A stretch of 64,000 bases of DNA from the human T2T-CHM13v2.0 reference genome, Homo sapiens (GCA_009914755.4 CP068257.2:7904001-7968000), one strand, 5' to 3'. Counted from the first letter of the stretch, positions 30,561 to 42,432 are shown. Notes: a model not told the origin generated them from the letters alone. Translations and numbers: made by a program.

Positions 30561-30751
30561 CTCCTGCTTCAGCCTCCTGAGTAGCTGGGACTACAGGTGC
30601 CTGCCACCACATCCGGCTAATTTTTTGTATTTTCAGTAGAGATGGAGTTTCACTGTGTCAGCCAGGATGGTCTCGATCTCCTGACCTCGTGATCCGCCCG
30701 CCTTGGCCTTCCAAAGTGCCGAGATTACAGGTGTGAGCCACCGGGCCGGCC
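30561..30751 (-). mobile_element. AluY-like fragment, antisense, lacking the poly-T / right-arm end
   Basis: CTCCTGCTTCAGCCTCCTGAGTAGCTGGGACTACAGGTGCCTGCCACCACATCCGGCTAATTTTTTGTATTTTCAGTAGAGATGGAGTTTCACTGTGTCAGCCAGGATGGTCTCGATCTCCTGACCTCGTGATCCGCCCGCCTTGGCC..ACCGGGCCGGCC; CpGs retained. Confidence 0.8.
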
Positions 30752-32137
30752 AGAGTTTTGTATCTCTTTGTTTTCTTCTTTCTGATTCAGCCCTCAGCAG
30801 TCATTTAGCTTTGTTATGTTGATTCAATGCAGTAGACTGATGACAGTGAGGAAGAGTTTGATAGTATGTGAGATACAGATTTACACATAAAACATTGAAA
30901 ACAATTATAATTTTAACTACTGTAGTCCCTGGTTAATTAGCAGAATATAAAGTCAGTGTAGTAACATGTGAAGATATCCACAGTAATGTTAGCAGGGTCC
31001 AACTGTCTCTGCTGCGTGAGGCTCCAGTTATCTCAGCTAAGCTGTTTATGAGCCACACTCACAAACAAGATCACCAAAAGTTAAGTATTTTTGGTATATG
31101 TATAGGAACACCTATCTATTAGGGCCTGTTTGAAGCAGCATTTTTGGTGCTTTGGATACAAAGATAGTATGGTGCATCAACTGAAGGATCTTGGATTAGG
31201 ATGAGAAAAAGGTAAACTGATCATGTAATGGCATAAGCAAGTAGGTACCATGTAACGGTGTAAACAAAAATTTATGTTAGATAGTCATTTCCCACAGAGA
31301 GATTTCATACTGTATAGTACAGGGCCCATCAGACTCTCTTCAAAGAAAATGATGCTCAAAATGGACTTGGGAGAATGAGGAAGAGTTTGTGAATCATTCT
31401 AAGGGAAAACTGAATAAGTAAATGCAACATTTTACATAATTTCTTCCGACTTCTTATGTGTTCACTTGCCCTAGACTGCCCCTCTTGTTTGGGGCTTATT
31501 TCTGTGCATTTTACCACTTGCAAGATAATGGAGGCAGGTTGAAATGGGAAAGATACCAGATGACTAATTTTTTCCCCCACATTTCCATCTTTTGTTAAGA
31601 AATTTGAAGTTGATTGCTACATTGAAGTATGTAGTTTTGTTTTTTTTGTGAGTCTTTAACCATTTGTGTCCCTGTTAACTTATAATTGATGAATTTATTT
31701 TGTATTTATTTTTAGGCAGGGTAAAAAATAGTAATATGTCTTATAAATAATATATGTTCCTATTACTAGTTTTGGTAGGATTTAAAAACTTTATAATAAT
31801 CCTCAATATAGAAACCTGCCCCTTTAACCATATTACTATTTGCTTTTAAAAAATATTTTAGGTTTTGTTTATAAAATGCTTCACAATTTATTTTTGAAAA
31901 TATAAGGAATGAAATTCTAACTTTCTAATTTGAATGGAAGGATGAGTTGGTAGCACACGAAGCACAAAATTGAGTAATGTAGATTTTATTATTTTTAATG
32001 AATCCTTTGTTTAATATTTTGCAGGTTCAATTTGTTTACTTGTGATGTACAGAGAGTTTTTTATACCTTCCCAGCTTATATTTGAATATTCCTTTTCAAG
32101 GTTTTATAAAGAGATTTCTCTCCTTTACCCCTTTCAG

Positions 32138-32300
32138 CGATGTGCATTTTGTAAGCACTTTGGAGCCACTATCAAATGCTGTGAAGAGAAATGTACCCAG
32201 ATGTATCATTATCCTTGTGCTGCAGGAGCCGGCTCCTTTCAGGATTTCAGTCACATCTTCCTGCTTTGTCCAGAACACATTGACCAAGCTCCTGAAAGAT
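32138..32300 (+). CDS. KMT2C: Internal coding exon (163 nt, begins in phase 0, ends after codon position 1) encoding the C-terminal half of an extended PHD zinc finger. Recognised as KMT2C (MLL3) exon 7, codons ~284-337, or the equivalent exon of a KMT2C-derived paralog (BAGE-family locus). Carries F at residue 291 and S at residue 316
   Basis: Polypyrimidine tract TCTCCTTTACCCCTTTCAG | CGATGTGCATTT ... CCTGAAAGAT | GTAAGTTT. Translation RCAFCKHFGATIKCCEEKCTQMYHYPCAAGAGSFQDFSHIFLLCPEHIDQAPER follows the C.FC...GAT..CC...C...YH..C...........C..H ePHD pattern and matches my memory of KMT2C residues 284-337. No other exon of the gene was found in the window. Confidence 0.75.
32139..32300 (+). 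CDS. BAGE2: Alternative (+1) frame of the same exon encoding the BAGE-family (BAGE2-5 type) internal peptide DVHFVSTLEPLSNAVKRNVPRCIIILVLQEPAPFRISVTSSCFVQNTLTKLLKD
   Basis: Frame-shifted translation of 32139-32300 matches the remembered MLL3-derived portion of BAGE2-5 proteins (..GTAL/DVHFVSTLEPLSNAVKRNVPRCIIILVLQEP..FRISVTSSCFVQNTLTKLLKD/RRKMQTVQCATARETS). BAGE 5' exons were not found in this window. Confidence 0.45.
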
Positions 32301-34323
32301 GTAAGTTTACTACGCATAGACTTTTAAACTTCAACCAATGTATTTACTGAAAATAACAAATGTTGTAAATTCCCTGAGTGTTATTCTACTTGTATTAAAA
32401 GGTAATAATACATAATCATTAAAATCTGAGGGATCATTGCCAGAGATTGTTGGGGAGGGAAATGTTATCAACGGTTTCATTGAAATTAAATCCAAAAAGT
32501 TATTTCCTCAGAAAAATCAAATAAAGTTTGCATGTTTTTTATTCTTAAAACATTTTAAAAACCACTGTAGAATGATGTAAATAGGGACTGTGCAGTATTT
32601 CTGACATATACTATAAAATTATTAAAAAGTCAATCAGTATTCAACATCTTTTACACTAAAAAGCCATCCAGTTGAAGAATTAGAAGACAGTTCACTCAGG
32701 TGTTATTTCAGGATTTACGTTAATAGGAACACCAAACACTTCTGAAATTCTTGGAAATTGTGTATCCCTGATAGGTGTGATAGAAATCTCTGCTAGCACC
32801 TTTTCATGATTCATCTATCTTAGTCATCTGTAATCTGCAGTTGTGCTGTTTTTCTTTCTTTTCCAAATAGTATTTTATAATTCAATGAAAATGTTTAAAT
32901 GCTTGAAATTTACATTATACAGGAAATTATAACTCTACTATTGTATCATTAAATAGAGATCTCTCCTTTTTCTTACTAGGTGTTTTCCCAATGAGCATGT
33001 ATATTTTAGGATCTATTCTCTCTTAGTCTATTGAATTTCCAATCTTATTATGAAACCTCCATGATATTTTATTCAGTCTTTTTTATGTCACCTCTTAGTT
33101 ACCTAATGTTAGCTTTTACCTGTTCCTTAGCAATGTTGATAAAAGCTTTTTTTTTCCTATCTTCTCAAGGTCTGTGAAACATAAGTATAGCTACCCCAGG
33201 CTTAAACTAATCTCAAATACGGTTAGTGTACATGATCATTACCCTTTATCTTTGTTGAGTACCCTAATTTCATTTTCCATTAAAATTATTTTGTATCCAC
33301 ATATGTAATCATATCACCCTTAGTAACCTAGTGTACAGACAAATTATAGGTACGGCAAACTAAAATTTTAAATTATATTTAAGCTAATAAGGGATTTAAA
33401 GTTTTAAAATGCTTTAGATTGTACACTCTTCAATCTGGAAGAGAAGAACTTTCATGCACAGCAACTGTTGTGGCTACTATTTATGTACTGAGTTACTTCA
33501 GCAAGTGCATACACTGGCAGTTATCAGAGTGGATTATATTCTGGATGGCATAATAAATATACTTTGTCATCTCAATAAAACAATTTTATGTGTATGTAAG
33601 AATCTGAATTTTATTCAGCCTTTTGTGTAGTCATGCTTTAGACCTCAGTAAACAACATGCAAACTTGTATAAGAATGTTGCTCTAATGTTAGAACGTTTT
33701 TTACTCAATGGCAGTGCTACTTTCTACTGAAAACTGTGTTCTAATAGTGTATACCTTCAGTTACATGTTAGCAATCATAAATCAGTTTGTAAAATAATAA
33801 ACTAAATACTGAAGTGAGATAATTTGCTGTTGTTGATCATGTATATAATGAAAGGTTTATGGCAACATAAAGCTAAAAGACATACTAAAATTATGAGTAC
33901 TCTGCCTTTTTCCAAAATAGACTTATGGAGACTCATAAAAATACATGAGCAATAGGATAAAACTAAAAATAAGTAAGGAAATTTGGCAATGGAAAATTTA
34001 GATAGGATAAATATGAAGATAATAGAGAGACCCCCAAAAATATGTAATTCCAGACAAACCACAAATTTGGCCCCATACCTTTTCAACAGTCAATACAAAG
34101 AAGGACATATGAGCCCTTAATCTGATTCTTACTATTTATAACATCACTTGATATAATGATATAATAATAAGACATCCCTTGATAGAATGCAATGAAAAAT
34201 TGTCTTAAAGTAGCCACCTTGCAGTAGGAAAATACCAGTTTCATAGGGCTGTTTCTTATAGCAGCCTTCAAACTAAGTCAGTGGTATAAAATCAAGGCCT
34301 AAATGACTAAATTATATTTCTTT

Positions 34324-34325
<2 letters not shown>

Positions 34326-34372
<47 letters not shown>

Positions 34373-34654
34373 AGATGGAGTCTCGCTCTGTCACCCTGGC
34401 GGGAATGCAGTGGCATGGCCTTGGCTCACTGCAAACTCCGCTTTCTGGGTTCAGGTGATTTCTCCTGCCTCAGCCTCCCAAGTAGGTGGGATTACAGGCG
34501 CACATCATAACACCTGGCTAATTTTTTGTATTTTTAGTAGAGACGGGGTTTCACTATGTTGGCTAGATTTGTCTCGGACTCCTGACCTCGTGGTCTGCCC
34601 GTCTCAGCCTCCCAAACTGCTGGGATACAGAGGTGTGAGCCATCGTGCCCGGCC
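34326..34654 (-). mobile_element. Alu SINE, antisense, with an unusually long (~46 nt) pure poly-T (poly-A tail on the element strand)
   Basis: T46 (34326-34371) + GAGATGGAGTCTCGCTCTGTCACCCTGGCGGGAATGCAGTGGCATGGCC ... GTGTGAGCCATCGTGCCCGGCC. Confidence 0.9.
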
Positions 34655-36180
34655 TCCTTGGGGATCTTAAACAGTGCATTCTAACTACACAGCGTTCTCA
34701 CCCATCTGTTAAGAAGATCATAATCTTGGATTAAGTTCCAAGGATATAATTTAAAGAATATTGCAGATAGGATGTTTTGTCACATTTTTAACATCTTTTA
34801 TAAATATTTCTTCCTATCCTAATTGTGTGTCATGGCAGAAGTTACTTTTTATGCTTTAAAATGATACTGTCTTAAATCATAGTGTTATTATGAGGGTTAA
34901 ATGAACACAATGAATGGAATTCACATAACATTGTGCCTTGTATATATTAATTGCTTTAAAAAGGGTAGTTATTTTACCTCATATCTAAGGCTTAAGTTAT
35001 GAGAATGATAATACATATTGAGTATATGTATTTTCTGATGCTTCCTAAAGGGCAGAGCAGTAGCTGTGATAGTTGACTGAGTTAGGAGTAAGGTTGACCT
35101 CTTTTTATAAAAGTTGAGAAATTTAACAAAAGCATGTATCTCATTATAAAGAAATCCACTAAAGAGAGTATCTGTGAAGAAGGCCAAGATTTTCATCAGG
35201 AAACACTTTTAGGGTGCTCTGTCATAGGTAAATGGCTGGTCATTGTTGCAACATTATTTTCATGATGATACAAGGATACATTAACCTTGTCTGGAAATTT
35301 TACACTAAAAATCCATCTAGGAGATACAACCAGATATACTTCCTGAATAGGAAAACTGAATGGTAAGAAACCAATCATGCAAGATAAGAGGAAAGAACAT
35401 TCCAGGGAGAGGGAACAGACCACTACACAGACCTTGAGGAGTGGACTTGGCATGATTCATGAACAGACAGCATGTCATTTTACTTGGAGCATAGTAGCCT
35501 ACTAGGTGAGGGTAGTAGAGACATCATCAAGGCGAACAAAGGCTAGATCATGTAGGCTTGTAAGCAAGGGAAGGAGTTTGGGTTCTGTTCGGTCTGCAAT
35601 GAGAAGTTTTTGCAAGGTTTAAACATGGAAATGCTACATATCTTAATTCACCCCCTGTTCCTCAATGTATTTACTCATCATTTAGCTTTAATTCCTTTTA
35701 CTTCACTTAAGATTTAACTCCAGCCTCTTTTCTTTGGTTATCTTTGTATTTCTTGACATTAAGTCCTGCTGCTTTTCTTTTGCCCTAAATTCTGTCAGTC
35801 CTCTGACCTTTCTTATCTACCTGCCAATGATACGGTCTAGCCTCTTTGGATGACATCCATGATTTATTTTTTCTTTCCAGAGATTCTCTTTTATAGACAA
35901 ATCAGTCAGCCCAGTGTCCTGCCAGTAATGAAAATTGGCAGATGATAGGGTTTGATGGAAATTAGAAAGCAATGCTGATTTGGTCCTTCTTCAATTTACA
36001 CTGTATGACAGCTATTTTGACTTTTCTTGCTGTTCACCAATGCTTTTATTCTTTTGTGTTGTCTGGACTTTCTTAAGCAATAGTTTCATCAAGTTTAAGG
36101 ATCTGTGATAAGCTCTGTTCTAATTTAAGCTCAATGTTTTTGACTTTTTTATTTATCTCTTCTGTATTTGTGTATCTGAA

Positions 36181-36563
36181 CACAAATACACCATGGAATA
36201 CTATGTGGCGATAAAAAAGGATGAGTTCCTGTCCTTTGTAGGGACACGGATGAAGATGGAAACCATCATTCTCAGCAAACTATTGCAAGGACAAAAAAAC
36301 AAACACTGCATGTTCTCACTCATAGGTGGGAATTGAACAATGAGAAACATGGACACAGGAAGGGGAACATCACACACCGGGGACTGTTGTGGGGTGGGGG
36401 GAGAGGGGAGGGATAGCATTAGGAGATATGCCTAATGCTAAATGACGAGTTAATGGGAGCAGCACACCAACATGGCACATGTATACATATGTAACAAACC
36501 TGCACGTTGTACACATGTACCCTAAAACTTAAAGTATAATAATAATAAAATTAAAAAAAAAAA
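36181..36563 (+). mobile_element. L1 (L1PA-like) 5'-truncated 3' end: ORF2 C-terminus + 3' UTR + poly-A, sense
   Basis: CACAAATACACCATGGAATACTATGTGGCGATAAAAAAGGATGAGTTCCTGTCCTTTGTAGGGACACGGATGAAGATGGAAACCATCATTCTCAGCAAACTATTGCAAGGACAAAAAAACAAACACTGCATGTTCTCACTCATAGGTGGGAATTGAACAATGAGAAACATGGACACAGGAAGGGGAACATCACACACCGGGGACTGTTGTGGGGTGGGGGGAGAGGGGAGGGATAGCATTAGGAGATATGCCTAATGCTAAATGACGAG...CCCTAAAACTTAAAGTATAATAATAATAAAATTAAAAAAAAAA. Confidence 0.85.
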
Positions 36564-36567
36564 CTGT

Positions 36568-36890
36568 GTGAACAAGGAATTCTTTGTCACATCTGTGCTT
36601 TGGTCAGTAATAGACCAGCAAGCAATTCATCCAGTCATCATGGGCGTGGCTCCAGGAGGACTTCCTGCGTCCATGGAAGGGATCATCCCTGGAGGCATCC
36701 CAGTGACTCACAACCTCCCGACAGTGGCACATACTTCCCAAGCGCCCTCTCCCAACCAGCCCACAATCACGGGGACAATCGAGAGCACCCCAACGAGAAA
36801 TAGTAGTGAATGCCAGAAGGTAATCATTTTGATACACTTGGGAACAAGGACAGTGAAAAATAGATGAACTAAGAGAAAAAGAATCTGACA
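36568..36890 (+). other. GC-rich, stop-codon-poor island immediately 3' of the L1 poly-A; origin unknown (candidate retrocopy fragment, transduced sequence or unannotated exon)
   Basis: Open in three frames (+ 36568-36867, + 36600-36803, - 36604-36891). Translation ..PVIMGVAPGGLPASMEGIIPGGIPVTHNLPTVAHTSQAPSPNQPTITGTIESTPTRNSSECQK followed by AG|GTAATC. Downstream 37000-37975 reads like a 3' UTR with AATAAA at ~37946. Confidence 0.3.
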
Positions 36891-37989
36891 CTCTTTTTAG
36901 CTGATTCTGGACATATGCATCATTGATGTTGCAGTGTTAAAACTACAAGAGTTAGAAAGCTGAAGATGTTGTCTGTTTACGGAAGCTCTGAAAGACTAGG
37001 GTGTGATTTATTAACGACCAGCTTCCGTTATTGTGTGTTAAGTTTTTCATCTGTGCGTCAAATCACAAAGAATAAATAGAACTTTTTCCTTTATCAGTCC
37101 CTTGGGCACAGCAGGTCAGGAAAACCCTGCTCAGAATGTTGCATCAGGACTTCAAACATCAAAATAAAAACCATGAGGAGGAAATCCCCATCTTGTCACT
37201 TGAGTCCCTTCAGTGTACAGGGACTGGTTACAGCTTTTTGCTAATAGGAAGATCACATTATTAGAAAATATGGAGTAAACTGTTTGCCTGTGGTAGACAC
37301 CTGCACGCATAGGATTGAAGACAGTACCGGCTCCTGTAAAGAGAAGCGTCTCTCACATCTGAACTGCATGCTGAGAGGGCAAGTTGGTTGTAAGTTCAGA
37401 AAAAGCCTCCGATAATGCAAAAAAAAAAGCAGTATTAAGTTTCACAAGTTGTTTGTAATCAAAAATATTTTCTCAGTTTCAGATGCTCTGCTATTTTATT
37501 GAGTGGAAAGTCTTGCACTAAAAAGACTCAAGAAAAATAATGTTGCTTTTTCTTATGTCACAAGAAACACTTTTAATGGTAACTTGTCAGATTGTCTATG
37601 AACAAATCCACTTTTTAAGACACTGATAAAGTCTTCTTCACGTTGTATTTTATACAAGAACACTTCAGATGTATTGGATGTGACTGATGTTAACAAATCC
37701 TATTTGATTTGCATCGATTAGTTACATGTTCTGTTCATAGTCTTTTGTGAATCATTGCCTTTTTGTTTAAAAAGATGGCCTATTTTGATCTTTTGATTAG
37801 GTACCTTCCTGTTTTTGTGACAAAAGAAAAACTTTAAAATTGTCACAAACAGAAAAATAATGGCTATCAGAAGTATGCTTTATTTTAGTGCAAGTTACCG
37901 TTACTGTAGTTGTTTATTGTAAAGATGGACATTTAGCATTCAGTGCAGTTTTCAATAAAATGTAATTAGAAAAAAACTGCTTAATTAAC

Positions 37990-38860
37990 AAAAACAGAGC
38001 ATAGACAACAAAATAATATTAGAAGTGATACATAAAGAAAATGAGATATCAATAAAAAGATTTTTAGAAACCAACAAAAACTGTGAATCTGAATAACACA
38101 ATAACTATATTAAAATTTCAATCAAGTCACAAAAGCAGACTAATAAAGTAGAAAAAATCATACAATTTATGACACTGTAGTTATAAATACTGAGTCATGA
38201 AAACAAATTATTTAAACAGAATAGAGAAAAAAATATGGGACGTACTGCACACCATCAAGTAGACCATTGTATTTATAAAAGGAGTCTTAGAAAAAAAATA
38301 CAGCAGAAAAGTAATAAAGAGATTATTTTTAAAAAGTAGCTGAGAAATCCCCAGATGACAAGGTAATTAAACAAGAAGATATACTGCCAAACAAAAACCT
38401 TCAACTGGAATAATTTCACTTCAGAAATAAAAAAAAAGCCTTTCCAGAATAAATAAAAGTTGAGTGTGTTACTAACCACTAGATCAGTCCTAAAGGAAAT
38501 GTAAAAGAAAGTCTATCAAGTCCAAAAATGAAATGATGCTGCACAGCATCATAACAGCATATGAAAATAGAAAGTGCTATATTAAAGGTAAATATACAAA
38601 CAGGTATAGAAATCTCTACTGTCATAATGATGGTGCACAAAATTTTCAAAATATTGCTATGGAGTTTAAAAAATGAAGCACAAATCTGCATAAATGTGTG
38701 TTCATAGTTACTCAATAAGAAAAGATAATATGTGATATTAATAACACAGTGGGGGTATGAAAAGGTACAACTTTGCATTCATTTGAAATATGGTTGTTAT
38801 ATATTGTCATAACTGTAAGATGATTTATGAAGTCTATTTCTCAAGATGATTACCAAAAAT
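37990..38860 (+). mobile_element. A-rich segment with old L1 ORF2-like sense-strand composition (tentative)
   Basis: AAA/GAA-rich codon-like text typical of the L1 ORF2 sense strand; no clean alignment made. Confidence 0.3.
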
Positions 38861-38899
38861 ACCTGTAGACCTCTGGTCGTCCTCCCACTGCTACATTCC

Positions 38900-39250
38900 C
38901 ACTAGCTCCACCACAGTTTACAAATGCCATGGCAATATCAGAAATTTACCCTACATGGTCTTAAAAAAAAAAAAAAGGAGGCATAAATAATCCACCTCTT
39001 GTTTAACATATTATCTAGAAATAACCATAAGAATGGGTTACCAGCAGCCCTTGGGCTGCTCTGTCTATAAAGTAGCCATTCTTTTATTCTTCTACTTTCT
39101 TAATAAACTTGCTATCACTTTACTCTATGGAGTCGCCCTGAATTCTTTCTTGCACCAGATCCAATAACCCTCTCTTGGAGTCTAGATCAGGACACCTTTC
39201 CTATAACAGAAGGATGGGAAACAACTGGAACCTTCATCAACAGCTGGCAG
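38900..39250 (+). mobile_element. LTR-like fragment (retroviral U5-type signal AATAAACTTGCT), family not identified
   Basis: TTCTACTTTCTTAATAAACTTGCTATCACTTTACTCTATGGAGTCGCCCTGAATTCTTTCTTGCACCAGATCCAATAACCCTCTCTTGGAGTCTAGATCAGGACACCTTTCC. Confidence 0.3.
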
Positions 39251-39395
39251 AGTGTAAACTGATACAGCCACTGCAAAATTTTTAGCAGTATCTCCTAAAA
39301 CTGTACGCATGCTCTATAAAGCACTTGCACTCCCAGACACAGATCAAATTAAAGTACACACGTGTGCACCGAAAGGTAAGGACAAGAAAGTTCAG

Positions 39396-39695
39396 GGCCG
39401 GGAACAGTGGCTCATGCCTGCAATTCCAGCACTTTGGGAGGCCGAGGCAAGCAGATCACCTGAGGTCAGGAGTTCGAGACCAGCCTGGCCAACATGGCAA
39501 AACCCCGTATCTACTAAAAAAAAATTAGCCAGGCGTGGTGGTGGGGACCTGTAATCCCAGCTTCTTGGGAGGCCGAGGCAGGGAGAATTGCTTGAACCCA
39601 GGAGGTGGAGGTTGCAGTGAGCTGAGATTGTGCCATTGCACTCCAGCCTGGGTGACAAGAGCAAGGCTCCATCTCCAAAAAGAAAGAAAGAAAGT
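39396..39695 (+). mobile_element. Alu SINE, sense
   Basis: GGCCGGGAACAGTGGCTCATGCCTGCAATTCCAGCACTTTGGGAGGCCGAGGCAAGCAGATCACCTGAGGTCAGGAGTTCGAGACCAGCCTGGCCAACATGGCAAAACCCCGTATCTACTAAAAAAAAATTAGCCAGGCGTGGTGG ... GCTCCATCTCCAAAAAGAAAGAAAGAAAG. Confidence 0.9.
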
Positions 39696-39939
39696 TTATA
39701 ATGGCATTACTCATAATGGACCCAAGCTTGGAAGAACCTGAATGTCAGCCAACAGCAGAACAGATAAACATATTGTGCAATATTAGTAAAGCTGAATGCA
39801 CACAACAATAAACAAACCACTGCCATGTGCAACACCATGGATAGAGCTCACAAGCCTAAAGCTGAGAAAAGCAGCCAAAAGAAAAGATCCCACTTATAAA
39901 GCGAATAATAGGAAAACTAATCTATAGTGTAAAAAGTCA

Positions 39940-40287
<348 letters not shown>

Positions 40288-40399
40288 TTAGGTGTTAACT
40301 ATGTGAAAATTTTGAGTTGTACGTTCATGATCTCCTTACCTGTATGCCTCTTATACCACAATAAAAAAAATTAAGTATGAGACTAACATAATAGAGCTT

Positions 40400-41552
40400 A
40401 AAATGTGCAGAAATTGAGGGAGCTCGCCCAAGGAAACCATTACTAAACAGATACTAAAAGATTTCAGACAGGAGGAAAATGATCCCAAGTGGAAGATCTG
40501 GGATATAAGAAGAAATGAAGAGCAGGAAAAAGACAGGTGAATATATGGATAAAACTAAACAAATGTGAAATGTATAAAACAATAGAAGTAATGTCCCATG
40601 AAATATAAAAAGAAAAATGATAAAATATATCAAAACAACTTTGATGGATCATAAGATAATTATGCTGAATAAAAAAACTCAATCTCAAAATATTAGACAT
40701 TGTATGGTTTCATTTACATGTGTTCTTGAAATAAAGTCACAGAGATGAAAAACCCATTAGTGGTTGCCAGGGGTCAGGGAGTGAGGAACGTGTTTGTGAC
40801 TATAAAATGGGTAGCACAAGGGATCCATCCTTCTGATGGAACTGTTCTGTATCTTGACGATGGTGATGGTGGTTAGGTATCTAATCTATATACACGATAA
40901 AATTTCATAGAACTAAATACACAAAAAAAACTAAAAGTGCACATAAAACTGGTGAAATCTGAAAAAGGTAGTTATGCAAGACGTTACCATTGGGAGAAAC
41001 TGAGTGAAGACTATATTGGATTTCTTTATATTATTTCTTAAAAGCACCTGTGAATCTGCAATTATGTCAAAACAAAAAGTTGAAAATATACTGTTGTAGC
41101 ATAACTCAAGAGGAGTTTAATGCAATGAAAGTATTCTTAAGTTATCCTATCACCCAGGAGGAGGATAAATTTTCAACTTTCATAACTTAAATATGCACAT
41201 TTAAGTTAGCATGACAGTTACTAAAAGAATATAAACAAAGACTAACTTAAAATGACTAGAGAAGAAAAAAAATCCCACCAATTGAAAAGAAGGCAAGAAA
41301 GGAAAAAAGAAACATAAGTAGGATAAATAGAAAGTGACAAAATGACACAAACACACATGCATGTACATACACACCACTCACCATCTATACAGAATCCAAG
41401 TATGTCAGAATACAAATACATGCAAATGGACTAAGTAATCCAGTTAAAGATGGATAAATTGTTAAAATCCCATTCCATGCTATTTATAAGTCATATTTAA
41501 AATACAAAGATATAGAATGATTTTAAAAGGTATTAAAATATGTATCAGAGGA
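40400..41552 (+). mobile_element. Old L1 fragments, sense (3' UTR-like piece and ORF2 5'-like piece juxtaposed)
   Basis: AACCCATTAGTGGTTGCCAGGGGTCAGGGAGTGAGGAACGTGTTTGTGACTATAAAATGGGTAGCACAAGGGATCCATCCTTCTGATGGAACTGTTCTGTATCTTGACGATGGTGATGGTGGTTAGGTATC (L1M 3' UTR-like); ..CAAATGGACTAAGTAATCCAGTTAAAGATGGATAAATTGTTAAAATCCCATTCCATGCTATTTATAAGTCATATTTAAAATACAAAGATATAGAATGATTTTAAAAG (ORF2 start-like). Confidence 0.45.
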
Positions 41553-41830
41553 GCCGGGCTTGGCGGCACATGCCTTTAATCCCAGTGACTCAGGAAGCAG
41601 AGGTGAGAGGATCACTTGAGACCAAGAGCTCAAGACCAGCCTGGGCAATATAGCCAAATTCTATCTCTAAAGAAATAAAAACAATTATTTGGCAGTGGTG
41701 GCACACATCACTCTAAAGACTGAGGTAGGAGGATCATTTGAGCCCAGGAGTTTAAGGCAGCAGGGAGCCACAGACACGTCTGTGAACAGCCCCTGCACTA
41801 TAGCCTGGGCAGCACAGTGGAAAAAAAAAA
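41553..41830 (+). mobile_element. Old Alu (AluJ-like), sense, followed by (CA)n
   Basis: GAGCCGGGCTTGGCGGCACATGCCTTTAATCCCAGTGACTCAGGAAGCAGAGGTGAGAGGATCACTTGAGACCAAGAGCTCAAGACCAGCCTGGGCAATATAGC ... CCTGCACTATAGCCTGGGCAGCACAGTGG A10, then CACACACACACACACACG. Confidence 0.8.
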
Positions 41831-42432
41831 TACACACACACACACACACGTGAAAGATACACAGTGCAAAGTCTAACCAAAGTTACTATAGCTATATCAT
41901 ACATAATGTTGAAAGCATACATAAATGAAGGAAAACATTTCATTTTGATAAAAGTTCAAATTAAAAAAAAAGATGTATTTTTTTGAATCATATGCACCCA
42001 AGTACAGCCTCAAAAAGCAAAAGTTGACAGATGAGGAGACAGACAAATCCATGCTTCTAGTAGGATATTTAATATATCTCTCAGTAAATAAAGTATAAAA
42101 ATAATTAGGGAGGATGAAGATTTAAAATTATGAAAAAATAGAATAAATGCACACATACAGAACATGAGATTTAGCTGCAGAAATAGACTTCCCTTCAAGA
42201 AACTGTGGACAAGTTCAAAAATTAACCACATAGACGAGTGTTAAAACAAGTAAAAAATTTCAAAGAAAGTGGAGAGATCATAATTTCTGGTAACAATTTT
42301 AGAAACTTTCTAAAAGTATACTTTTAAATAGCCCATAGCTTGAAGATAACATAAGGCAAATTCATCATCAATTCTACATATTAAAAACTGTAGGATATAA
42401 TTAAATACATTCATAAGGGGAAAATGATAGTC

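Noticed and set aside
32042-32350. Full extent of the 102-aa ORF around the exon, and the 81-aa +1-frame ORF 32082-32327
   Set aside because: Only 32138-32300 is exon. The ORF portions upstream of the CAG acceptor and downstream of the GTAAGT donor are intron read-through.
36568-36891. Three overlapping ORFs (two +, one -) in the GC-rich island
   Set aside because: Openness in multiple frames on both strands points to composition and not coding, and no homolog was recognised. It is kept as a finding and not called a CDS.
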